The notes under the pieces were generated by a model that saw only the letters and a list, made by a program, of their open reading frames with translations, was not told the origin of the DNA and ran no database searches. This document shows, piece after piece, positions 24,034-33,128 of a stretch of DNA of 34,525 bases (within the stretch, counting starts at the first letter, position 1; every line of letters starts with the position of its first letter). A program made the translations under genes and the position numbers. Source of the stretch: a virus (Duplodnaviria > Caudoviricetes); the IMG/VR virus record IMGVR_UViG_3300048576_000516, positions 1 through 34,525 of that record, one strand, 5' to 3'.

Positions 24034-24659
24034 ACTCGGATTACATTGCAATCAGCCCAGAATCTTCCGAGTTGTTACGTCGCATGGCCGATGACGGCAC
24101 AATGCGCGGGAAAGTCTGTCTGGCCATTGACCGACAAAACCAGATCACCGGCGGCCATATCCAACAAGCGTATCTCAAGCATCGCGGACCTATGACTTTG
24201 GGGGTTGTCACCGCCCGATTGTGGCAGTCAATGCGCGCGTCGGAGGCGCGTGTGGTTGGGAGGGCGATTGAGAGCGGGATCGGCTCGAATGTTGTCTACG
24301 CTGGCGCCCATGAATTTGGATTCAATGACGATGTGCCGGTCAAAGAATTCACGCGCAGAAATCCCGCTGCCGATCGCTATTCGCTCATGGGGGAAACTGT
24401 GTCCCGCTTCACCGCATTGCGACTGGGTGCGCTTACGCGGTCTGAGGCGGGCAAGTTGGCTGTTGCTTCGGGTCATTACAAATTCGCAAAGGCGGGCGCT
24501 GTCAAAGTTAAAAGCGGCACCATTAAAGTCAAGGCCCACACGCGCCACATGCAGATCAAAGCGCGTCATTACACTTTTCGCGGAATCCAGGATAAGCTTC
24601 CAGATTACGGTCGTGTTGTGAGCGCAGCTATCATGCGCTCATGGAAAGGGCAATCGTAA
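24030..24659 (+). CDS. Virion morphogenesis/tail-completion protein (Mu G-like)
   Basis: IGSNVVYAGAHEFG motif; basic. Confidence 0.75.
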   Translation: MNSDYIAISPESSELLRRMADDGTMRGKVCLAIDRQNQITGGHIQQAYLKHRGPMTLGVVTARLWQSMRASEARVVGRAIESGIGSNVVYAGAHEFGFNDDVPVKEFTRRNPAADRYSLMGETVSRFTALRLGALTRSEAGKLAVASGHYKFAKAGAVKVKSGTIKVKAHTRHMQIKARHYTFRGIQDKLPDYGRVVSAAIMRSWKGQS

Positions 24660-25369
24660 TGGACTTGCTCGTTCAGTTACAAGACGAGGTGACTACCTGG
24701 TTGGATACGGCCTGTGACAGGTTTAATTTTGTGCCGTTTCGGTCGTTGCGCCGGAAAATTATCGCAAAAGAAGTGGATGCCCGCACGCCGCATCTTTGGG
24801 GAAAAAATAATCGGGTCGGCGTGGGATGTCTCGTGGGAATGCCCGTGCTGGAAGGCATTGACCCGAACGTGTCCGCTATTCAGAGCGACCTTTACTTATC
24901 AATCGACATTGTCGAAAATCCTGAAATCAACTTGCGATCCGGTTCTGGAACCTTGCTTTCTGCCGAGGAGATTGCGCTCGCGGTGCGATCGCATTTGCAT
25001 CATTTCGCTATCGAAGATTCGATTTGTCTTTATCAGGACAAAAATTCCGTGGCCGCCATCCCGGGCTTGGAGGAGCGGTGGCCGGGGTGTCTTGGTTACA
25101 CCGTGACAATGCGGGGTCGTTTGTCTGAGAGTGCAATGCTTAAAGTGCCGTTACCCGCGCTTACATCGCCAGAGCAGACTGTGACGCTTGCGGACGTCAG
25201 CCCCGCGCAGGTTTATTATACGGTCGATCAAACCCTTCCTATCCCGTCTAACCAATCCGCTATTCTTTTTACCGCTCCCTTTACGGTTCCGGCTGGAACA
25301 ATTGTCCGCTGGGCTGCGTTTCGGACTGGTTACGTCCCTAGTGACATCGGCAAAGCAAGAATCACCTAA
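24659..25369 (+). CDS. Putative tail terminator with C-terminal Fn3/chitobiase-like domain
   Basis: Start ATG 24659 (TAATG overlap); C-terminal VYYTVDQTLP...FTAPFTV...VRWAAFRTGYVPSDI; precedes the tail tube. Confidence 0.6.
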   Translation: MDLLVQLQDEVTTWLDTACDRFNFVPFRSLRRKIIAKEVDARTPHLWGKNNRVGVGCLVGMPVLEGIDPNVSAIQSDLYLSIDIVENPEINLRSGSGTLLSAEEIALAVRSHLHHFAIEDSICLYQDKNSVAAIPGLEERWPGCLGYTVTMRGRLSESAMLKVPLPALTSPEQTVTLADVSPAQVYYTVDQTLPIPSNQSAILFTAPFTVPAGTIVRWAAFRTGYVPSDIGKARIT

Positions 25370-25374
25370 ATTTT

Positions 25375-26301
25375 ATGGCATCTACACGCGCATCTCTAAT
25401 TGGCGGGGCCGCTCATGCGGTCTACGCAAGCTCTAACATTCACTTCGCGGATGACTCAAAACTCGATTACGAAAAGACCACGGTGGACGTGGACTCTCAA
25501 ATGTTCGGGAAGATCGACGAAACAGACGTGGACTTCTTGGTTCATGGGTCTGGGACGCCGTTGTTATGGGACAATTTAACGACATTGTTGCCATATTTGA
25601 CACCGGTTTTTGGCTCTCTCTATCCATTGAGCGCTGATACGCCGATGTCCTACAAATCGAGCAATGGCGACATTTACCTGCTCACGAATGCCGTGATCAC
25701 GAAGATGCCGGACATCTTTCTTGGGTTGGAAAAACCGATTCTAGGGTCAATGGAATGGACGGGAATTATTGGCGATGGATTGGAGCCGGACGCCGAGAAT
25801 GCGTATTACACCGTCACGACGGGGCAAACCTACACCCCCGTCGCGATTGATCGCTCCAAAATCCAACGCCGAAAATATACGGCTTCATACGGTGCAGTCG
25901 CAGGATTCACGTCGTTTGAGGCTGAGGAAGGGTGGACAATTTCGCATCAACTCAAAATCGAACCTCATAAGGTCCAAGGGCGCACAAAAGGGTTCAAGTT
26001 GCTTGGTTACAACGTCATGGTGTCAGGTAAGCCAATAGGCCCCACGGGCGCGCAAATCACTGCGGCAATGAAAAATCAGGGCACTGGGAATTACGCTGGC
26101 TCTCGCATGAGCGCCAACACAAACAGCCTGATCATTGCTGGCTCCGGTTCATCCGCCCCGTCGATCCAAGTCAACAATTGCTTCATCAAAAAGGCTGGAT
26201 TCATGTTTGGCCTGAAGCCCATCCGAAACGGTGAGATTGGTTTTGTGAGCATTAATGATCCCACCACGGGCACGCTAGGCCCTGTCATAGTCATTTCCTG
26301 A
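25375..26301 (+). CDS. Putative major tail tube protein
   Basis: 308 aa, Gly/Thr/Ser-rich; position after neck genes; no sheath gene seen. Confidence 0.6.
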   Translation: MASTRASLIGGAAHAVYASSNIHFADDSKLDYEKTTVDVDSQMFGKIDETDVDFLVHGSGTPLLWDNLTTLLPYLTPVFGSLYPLSADTPMSYKSSNGDIYLLTNAVITKMPDIFLGLEKPILGSMEWTGIIGDGLEPDAENAYYTVTTGQTYTPVAIDRSKIQRRKYTASYGAVAGFTSFEAEEGWTISHQLKIEPHKVQGRTKGFKLLGYNVMVSGKPIGPTGAQITAAMKNQGTGNYAGSRMSANTNSLIIAGSGSSAPSIQVNNCFIKKAGFMFGLKPIRNGEIGFVSINDPTTGTLGPVIVIS

Positions 26302-26336
26302 TCGTTGCACGCCGATTGAAACCTTTTTAACACGTT

Positions 26337-26543
26337 ATGAACGAACAAATAAAAACACTGATCGCTAACCTTGAAATTGAGCTGAAAACGCTTGTGGACC
26401 AAAAGAAACTGACCACAAACCTGCGTATCGCAATTGGAGCACTGCGAACCGCCCAGGAGCACTTGGGTTATCACGCCGCTTTACAGACCTCACAAACCGC
26501 GCCGGACGCGGTTGCGCCTGCTGTGGAGCCAACGCAACCTTAA
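26337..26543 (+). CDS. Small helical protein (possible tail chaperone)
   Basis: 68 aa, AT-rich leader, follows the tube gene. Confidence 0.6.
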   Translation: MNEQIKTLIANLEIELKTLVDQKKLTTNLRIAIGALRTAQEHLGYHAALQTSQTAPDAVAPAVEPTQP

Positions 26544-26550
26544 TTAACTC

Positions 26551-26988
26551 GTGAGGATCACATTCACAGGCACGGATGATAGCGACGAAGAAATCGTCCT
26601 GGGTGACACTACGGATCGGCGGTTGTCGATCGTGTCCTATCACGCGCCTCAAACCCGTGAAATACAGGTGACACCTTTGATGCGGTCCGAGACGCAATTC
26701 GTCGCGCCGCGCTACAATAAAAAAATAGCGATCGCATTTAGCGTTGCGCAAACTCACGACTCTTACGAGGCCGCTCTGGCGCATGTTGTTGGGTATGCTG
26801 ACACGCTGCCTTATGTTGGCACGCTCACTGTTTCACAAGGGACTACCTTTGTGAGTTATTCCGGCGCTGTTTTGACTCAGATTGATCCATCCGGGGACCA
26901 CAAGGGGGTCTCCACGACGACTCACTTTTCTTTCACCGCCTCCGTCAAAATTAACGTTCAAGAACAAAATTCAGATCGTCCATCATGA
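26551..26988 (+). CDS. Putative tail protein (distal-tail-like size)
   Basis: 145 aa, beta-rich; GTG start. Confidence 0.55.
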   Translation: MRITFTGTDDSDEEIVLGDTTDRRLSIVSYHAPQTREIQVTPLMRSETQFVAPRYNKKIAIAFSVAQTHDSYEAALAHVVGYADTLPYVGTLTVSQGTTFVSYSGAVLTQIDPSGDHKGVSTTTHFSFTASVKINVQEQNSDRPS

Positions 26989-27980
26989 AAATTTTCTTAT
27001 CTCTCTTTGCTTTTTTCCCATTAATTGGATCGGCTCAAATCGACACGAATCCACCCGCGACAACGCAGGTGTATTTCCCGACGTGGGGATTCTCTGGGGT
27101 GTCGCAGCGGTCTCCGTTGACACTCACTCCCGTCAATAATTGGCTGCGCGATGGTGATCGCATTATGGTTGGAAAGCCGATCCTTGTGACAAATGTTCCA
27201 GCCATTGTTCGGCTATTCCCGAATGATTACGATGTCTCATTCCAGGGGATCAATGGATCAACACGGCTCCATGTCTATTCTTCCACCAATGTGCTGAGCG
27301 CCGCGTGGCTAAGCAGCAACCTTGTGACTTACACATTCACGGCTCCTGTGGGGCCGTGGGATACAAAACTACTCGCCACAAATGACGCATTGTTAGCTGC
27401 ATTAGTTGCTCGGCAAAACGGAGTGGCAACAAACCCCACATTGGTGGGCCAAACGCGTCTCTTTGACGGACATGGCAATGAGTTGCTTAATGTTAATCAG
27501 ACGGATGGCGCTATCACTTTCAGCGGCCCGGGACCGCATTTGTGGACCACTCGCACCGAGTTCGACGCTGAAGTCGATTTGTTTGGAGATGTGTTTTTAA
27601 CACCAGATGGAGAGCCTTTAGTGGATATTCTCGCTTCACTTGCCCCGAAAACGAATGGCATGGTAATTGGCCTGGTTGCGGACGGACTCCGCGTCACAAG
27701 CTCTGCGAGTTTTGCAGGGCCTGTTACGGCAACTAACTCACAGTTTTTTGGAGCGACTCATTTTTATGATTTCCAAGGTAACCTCTTCATGGACATCAAC
27801 TCGACCAATGGGACGCTTTCCTATGGCACAATTGCATCAAACTCTCCGGCTTTGTCTCTCACGACAAATGGCATTTCTTCTGTGCGCATTCTCAATGAAA
27901 CAACCGGACAATTTCACCGAATCGGCGTCAGAAATATTGACGGCATTCCAGTAATCTACCTTTCGGACGAAAGCTACTGA
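26985..27980 (+). CDS. Signal-peptide-bearing Thr/Asn-rich fibre-like protein
   Basis: MKIFLSLFAFFPLIGSA/Q signal; 9 TN dipeptides; internal ~32-aa repeat. Confidence 0.75.
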   Translation: MKIFLSLFAFFPLIGSAQIDTNPPATTQVYFPTWGFSGVSQRSPLTLTPVNNWLRDGDRIMVGKPILVTNVPAIVRLFPNDYDVSFQGINGSTRLHVYSSTNVLSAAWLSSNLVTYTFTAPVGPWDTKLLATNDALLAALVARQNGVATNPTLVGQTRLFDGHGNELLNVNQTDGAITFSGPGPHLWTTRTEFDAEVDLFGDVFLTPDGEPLVDILASLAPKTNGMVIGLVADGLRVTSSASFAGPVTATNSQFFGATHFYDFQGNLFMDINSTNGTLSYGTIASNSPALSLTTNGISSVRILNETTGQFHRIGVRNIDGIPVIYLSDESY

Positions 27981-27981
27981 T

Positions 27982-28854
27982 ATGGACCTCGGTTACGAGC
28001 ATGATATTCAAGGTTTTGATCGGGGAATTGCAATCAGCGATGAGATCGAAAAACGTCTCATTCCAAGCGTCGACTTTGACTATGATGCCATTGATGAAGC
28101 GCTGGGGTTGCGTGAGTTTCCCTCATTAGAGGATTATTCGGATCACGATTTTGAAGTCTCAGCGGAAATGCTGCGTAAGTTGTTGGAATGGTGTTGCGCT
28201 CCACCGACACCAATTTATCGAGGGTTTCGTATTGGTGTTCTGATGTATCTTTTGAGACCTGGTGTTTATGACGAGGAAAAAACACTCGCGGAATTGTCAC
28301 GCAAATGGGGAAAACACCCCATGTATATGCAATTGCACGTCCGAGCGTTACACAAGCTGGCCCCTCTATTTCACTCGGTCACCCGCCACACGGAAACAGG
28401 TCGTCAGGCAATGGTCGATTCGTTTACCGCCCGCACGGGGCGTTTGGACACGTCCAAAGTCCCTGATCGTATTGCAAAGCTGAAAATCGATTCAGGATTC
28501 ACTTGGGCAAACCTTGCGAAGCGATTGGGCGTGAGCGGCATGACGCTATGGAACGCGTCAAAAGGCCGGGGTATTTCCGAGCGTTTTGTGGCATTGCTAG
28601 GTGAAGCTGAAAAAGAAATTCGCGAGCAGATTCCTTCACACATCCCAATAACAAAAGAACTGGTGGTTAACCGGCTTGTGACTTTGAGGAAGGATGCGGG
28701 GATTTCTTGGGCAAAGCTTGAGGTTGAGATGCGGTTGGGTAGAAGTTATACAACAAAAGTGTTTCGCGGCAAATTCAACCCAAAGACTCTGGCCGCCGCG
28801 CTAGATAAACATGAGCCGAAAATTCGTGCTACATATTGCACACAAAAACACTGA
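27982..28854 (+). CDS. Multi-HTH DNA-binding protein
   Basis: KTLAELSRKWG, FTWANLAKRLGVSGMTLWN and ISWAKLEVEMRLGRSY HTH-like segments. Confidence 0.7.
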   Translation: MDLGYEHDIQGFDRGIAISDEIEKRLIPSVDFDYDAIDEALGLREFPSLEDYSDHDFEVSAEMLRKLLEWCCAPPTPIYRGFRIGVLMYLLRPGVYDEEKTLAELSRKWGKHPMYMQLHVRALHKLAPLFHSVTRHTETGRQAMVDSFTARTGRLDTSKVPDRIAKLKIDSGFTWANLAKRLGVSGMTLWNASKGRGISERFVALLGEAEKEIREQIPSHIPITKELVVNRLVTLRKDAGISWAKLEVEMRLGRSYTTKVFRGKFNPKTLAAALDKHEPKIRATYCTQKH

Positions 28855-28857
28855 TTT

Positions 28858-30624
28858 ATGGGGGTCGAACGCGCAGAATTCCAGATACCGATTAGCTTCC
28901 CGATTAATGCGACGGGAGCGAATCAGGCTGTTGCCAGCATGAATCAGATGGGGGATGCGGCGAAACGCGCCTCAGCTGCCGCCAGCCAGCCGGGCGCTAC
29001 GAATGGGATTAATGATCTCAAACATGCGCACGATGAGGCGACAGAATCAGTTGACAAGCACACGTTTTCGCAAAAGCAGCTCCGTAAGGCTATTCACGGA
29101 GTGGGCTTAGTTGCGCCAGAATTAGCGCTGGCGCTGCAAGCTGCGGTTAATCCCATTACGGGCGCTATTGTCGCCTCGATACTCATCTTAGGGCACTACA
29201 AAGAGGAAATTGACAAAATTGACGAGTCGCTCCAAAAGCTGAACGAGGAAGAATTTGCGAAGCATGTTGACAGGCTTCATGAACAGCGAATGGGGCTGGT
29301 GAATGCCGCTTTGGCGATGGAAGAGTATCGCGCGAAGCTCCAAGAAGCGGCGGATAAACAGCAGTCATTTGCTGAAATTCTTTCGCAATCTGTGTCGGAG
29401 GAAAAAGAGCATAGCGCGGCCATTACAGCGGTTGCGGATGCGGAAAAAGAGGCGCGTCTCTCCGCGTTGGAAGCCTTTCATGCGGCGGGTGTTGGATCGG
29501 AACGGGCCTATCAAGCCGCCCGCCTTGAAATCGAGCGCCAAGCCGCCGCCGCTCGACGGAAAATCGCGTATGATGAGCAGGTTGCGGAGATGACCGCAAA
29601 AATGGAAGCGGTGAACGCCGCGAAAAAAGAGCAGGAAAAATTAAAGCCTGAAGTGGCGGAAAAAACGAAAGCAGCTTCTTTGGCGGAAGGGGTAGTAGAG
29701 AGAAAAGAAAAGGCAGAGGCTAAAGCTATGGTGGAACTTGAGGAATCAAGAGCGGACTTGGATACGTTTTTGCAGAAGTTGTCAAAAAAAGATGCTGAAT
29801 TTTTCAGTCGGATTCCTCGACAAATCAGCTCAAAGGACTTTGCGCTTGAATCATGGGACTATAAGCCAGGGCCTTACGGGCCGAGTAAAAAGGAGGCACT
29901 GAGGCGGCGGTGGGCTAGCCCGGGTGACCCAGAGGGGTTTGGGGGCTATGAGAGAGAGAATGAGCCGATGTGGCGGCGGTGGGAGAAATATACGCGCCTA
30001 AATGTTAGATTTGAGCAAAATGTAAAGCGAAGTCAACAATCCCCAGAGGTTATTGCTAGAGCGAAAATTAATGCCGCCCAGGCCAAGCGTGCCGCGGATG
30101 AAGCCGCTGCGCGCACGACTGAAAATGAGGATTTCATTCGCAAATCTGAGCGGGAAATTGAGTTGGAAAACAAGCGGCTTGAACGTCAGGCGGCTCTAAA
30201 TCAAAAGTTGGACGAGTTGGACAAGCAGAAAACCGGCAATCAGAATTTTACCGCGTGGGCCAAGGAAAAAAAGAAGGTCAACGATTTACAGGACAAACCA
30301 CAAATTACTGGGGATGAGCAGGGTGAAATCAATGAATTTAATTCCGAGCCGCCGCCTTCGCCGCCGTCATTCCCTCGCCAACCAGCGGCCCCACGTCGCC
30401 AAGCTCCTACTGCCTCTCCGCGCTTGATTGACACCGGAACTGACATTGACACGCATCAGTTGCAAGATCGTGCTGTGGCGGCTCTTGGGCAGCGCGACAA
30501 GGTGCTTTCAATTGTGGAGCAGCTCATTACGGCTGTGGGAGGGCAAAATGCCCGCGTGGAATCCCTCGCCACACAAGTGGCCACTCTGGCGAGTACCCGC
30601 CGTAATTCACGCGACCTGTCATGA
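28858..30624 (+). CDS. Tape measure protein
   Basis: 588 aa, Ala/Glu/Lys/Gln-rich helical, one hydrophobic segment (NPITGAIVASILIL); precedes tail-tip genes. Confidence 0.7.
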   Translation: MGVERAEFQIPISFPINATGANQAVASMNQMGDAAKRASAAASQPGATNGINDLKHAHDEATESVDKHTFSQKQLRKAIHGVGLVAPELALALQAAVNPITGAIVASILILGHYKEEIDKIDESLQKLNEEEFAKHVDRLHEQRMGLVNAALAMEEYRAKLQEAADKQQSFAEILSQSVSEEKEHSAAITAVADAEKEARLSALEAFHAAGVGSERAYQAARLEIERQAAAARRKIAYDEQVAEMTAKMEAVNAAKKEQEKLKPEVAEKTKAASLAEGVVERKEKAEAKAMVELEESRADLDTFLQKLSKKDAEFFSRIPRQISSKDFALESWDYKPGPYGPSKKEALRRRWASPGDPEGFGGYERENEPMWRRWEKYTRLNVRFEQNVKRSQQSPEVIARAKINAAQAKRAADEAAARTTENEDFIRKSEREIELENKRLERQAALNQKLDELDKQKTGNQNFTAWAKEKKKVNDLQDKPQITGDEQGEINEFNSEPPPSPPSFPRQPAAPRRQAPTASPRLIDTGTDIDTHQLQDRAVAALGQRDKVLSIVEQLITAVGGQNARVESLATQVATLASTRRNSRDLS

Positions 30625-33128
30625 GGACTTACCGCACAATCACTTACGGCGGCACGCAAAAAACATTCGCGGCCTGGGGCATCTCTCGCCCTCGCCGTGA
30701 GGTCAATAATCAATCATCCGAGTCTTTCGGTTTCGACATTTCCGCGCTGTGTGATTCCAATGAAGTTTTTCCGTATGGCGCTGAAATTATCGTGCGCTAT
30801 GGGGTGCAGCTTGACAACTCTGGCGAAATAATCCCTAACACGGGCACAGTTGAATTTGTTGGTTATCGCACAGAGGAATTGCGCAATGGCTCCCCGGAAA
30901 TTGAACAACTTGCATACAAATTCGCGGGCATCTGGGAATACTTTTTCGAGCGCCTCCCATTCGAGCAGCTTGCCCCTTCCTGGGACCCCGTGACACATAC
31001 CTCTGTCATGGTGCCCCGATCGCAAGTGGTCCTCGGCCAAGGGCCGGATGGCACGCGCCAGACCGTTGCCGCGCAGATTGCCGAGATTGTCAATTATATC
31101 ATCGCACAGATGACCGAAGAATTTGGAGCGGCTAAAGTGCAATTAGGAGCTGGATTACCAGCGGAATTTGTCGCATTCGACCAGGTTAATTCCCTCACTT
31201 GCTCTGAGGCGCTACGCAAGATGCTGCGGTGGATCGGCTCCTCAAGTGTGTGGTTTGACTACTCCACCACCCCGCCTACTTTGCAGTGCAAATCCCGCCC
31301 AAACCTCACGCCGGTGACATGTCCGATTGTAGGGAGTGGTGGGATAAAAATCATGCGTCGCGATGATCTTATCCCGCCTGTCGTCCACCTGATGTATCGC
31401 GTCTCTGTCCATGATACCTTGGGGGATTACGAGCGGATTTTGCATGATGTCGCTGGAGTGAATGGTTACGTTGATTCGGAAGGCGCGCTACATGGAGCCT
31501 CCACGATTGACGCGCTTTTGGCCGGGAAAAAATTTGGCGTCATTGCGCAGACATACGACTTTGTTGGTCCGAGTTTCGCGCGGCAAAAAGTCACATTTGA
31601 AACGTCCGCGCTCCCGATCGGCGCAAGTAATGCGGCAGTCCTGGACTGGTGGTGCGCCCGTTGTCCTGAGCTGAACCAGGTCACAAACTTGTCAATCGCA
31701 TCGAATGCCACATTTTCCCCGTCGCTCCCTAGTAATGCGGTCTACATGATCACAAAAGGATCGTGGGCGGATTGGCTGGATGGTGTGGGTTTGGAGGTGA
31801 CCTGTGAGCAACAATTTTCGGGCGAGGTCTACACGCCAGACAATCGCTTGGCGCACGTCTGGCAGCGCGTCTCGAAGCAAACGAAATTCACCGCCACGTC
31901 CCTGCCAGGTGGCACCTATTACTCGGCGCCGCAAATCACCCAAGGGGAAGTGATCCCATTTGGCCTTGCGAAGTCAATTTACGACGTCGAAAAAATCCCA
32001 CAATACGAGGGAAATTTTGTAATCCATGAGGATGAAATCACGAATGTTGTCGGCGTGGGAAACGCGCTAAATCTGACCGGAGGAAAAGCAGAATGGGAGT
32101 CAATGAACGCCCAAGTCCAGCAAGTATCTTACGATTACGAGTCTGGCATTACAACGGTCACTTTCGGCCCTGCGCGCCACCTGGGCGCGGGCGATCTCAT
32201 TGAGCGCCTGCGAGCCAACCGTAGCATCCGTACGATCCTCTATAGCTCATCTAGCCGCACGAATGCTGAAATGGGTTCCGCATCGAGCGCCCCGGATTAC
32301 GGCTCCCGCGAAAACTCCACCACCGGCCCCGCCACACCCGCGCTCCTTGCAGGATTTGAGTCTGACAACACGGTGAGCCAACCCGATGCGCTCGGTAGAT
32401 GGTGGTTGGATGCTTCCGCTCGCTCCTTGGGTATTTCTGGGAAGGATTTCGTGGATGAGACGCACCCAGGGGATGGTGTGGTCGAGGTGAAATTGGCTGA
32501 GATTGACACCCCAATTGCCCCCACTGGTGACCCGTTGACAAACGCGCAGCAGCGAAAACATGACATCCGTCTCCGTGAGGTCGAAATTTCGATTCCGGGT
32601 GGCAATAGTAAGAAGTATTTTACGACGTTACCGTGTAGCGCCCCCTACAGCAAAACAGCGGATGATGGGGAACTAGGTGGAGGAATTGAACTGTTTAAGA
32701 TCGACGACGTGCATGAGGATTATTTACTGTGCCGAAAATGGGACGGTGTGTCGCAAGCAGTGTCTTTAACAGGTGAACTAATTCCCGTCGCAATTGGGTT
32801 TAAAAACCGTTACTGGAATAAAAGAGCGGATTATGCATCAGATGTGATAGATGGGGTTACGATGGCATATTCTGATCCCCCTACGGGTTACGACAAAATA
32901 TCAAATCGTCACGTTATTGGCACTTATGTTGAGGAGAATGTGACGAAGAATATTAACATCCAACAGATGCTCTATATCCCATGGCGTGGGGCGGATGGCT
33001 ATTATGCGGGCGATCCAATCTACGCGATGCGCTGTAACCACACTGGAGTTTTTGTTGCGGAAATCGAAGCGAAATACATTTACGTTGAGACGAATAGGCC
33101 TTGGGCCTTGCGGGAGAGCACAATATGA
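30621..33128 (+). CDS. Tail tip/hub protein
   Basis: 835 aa after TMP; VQQVSYDYESGITTVTFG OB-like pattern typical of hub proteins. Confidence 0.65.
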   Translation: MRTYRTITYGGTQKTFAAWGISRPRREVNNQSSESFGFDISALCDSNEVFPYGAEIIVRYGVQLDNSGEIIPNTGTVEFVGYRTEELRNGSPEIEQLAYKFAGIWEYFFERLPFEQLAPSWDPVTHTSVMVPRSQVVLGQGPDGTRQTVAAQIAEIVNYIIAQMTEEFGAAKVQLGAGLPAEFVAFDQVNSLTCSEALRKMLRWIGSSSVWFDYSTTPPTLQCKSRPNLTPVTCPIVGSGGIKIMRRDDLIPPVVHLMYRVSVHDTLGDYERILHDVAGVNGYVDSEGALHGASTIDALLAGKKFGVIAQTYDFVGPSFARQKVTFETSALPIGASNAAVLDWWCARCPELNQVTNLSIASNATFSPSLPSNAVYMITKGSWADWLDGVGLEVTCEQQFSGEVYTPDNRLAHVWQRVSKQTKFTATSLPGGTYYSAPQITQGEVIPFGLAKSIYDVEKIPQYEGNFVIHEDEITNVVGVGNALNLTGGKAEWESMNAQVQQVSYDYESGITTVTFGPARHLGAGDLIERLRANRSIRTILYSSSSRTNAEMGSASSAPDYGSRENSTTGPATPALLAGFESDNTVSQPDALGRWWLDASARSLGISGKDFVDETHPGDGVVEVKLAEIDTPIAPTGDPLTNAQQRKHDIRLREVEISIPGGNSKKYFTTLPCSAPYSKTADDGELGGGIELFKIDDVHEDYLLCRKWDGVSQAVSLTGELIPVAIGFKNRYWNKRADYASDVIDGVTMAYSDPPTGYDKISNRHVIGTYVEENVTKNINIQQMLYIPWRGADGYYAGDPIYAMRCNHTGVFVAEIEAKYIYVETNRPWALRESTI

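Noticed and set aside
29620-30275. A-runs in TMP as programmed frameshift sites
   Set aside because: They are Lys/Glu codon runs in an uninterrupted frame, with no convincing alternative-frame product.
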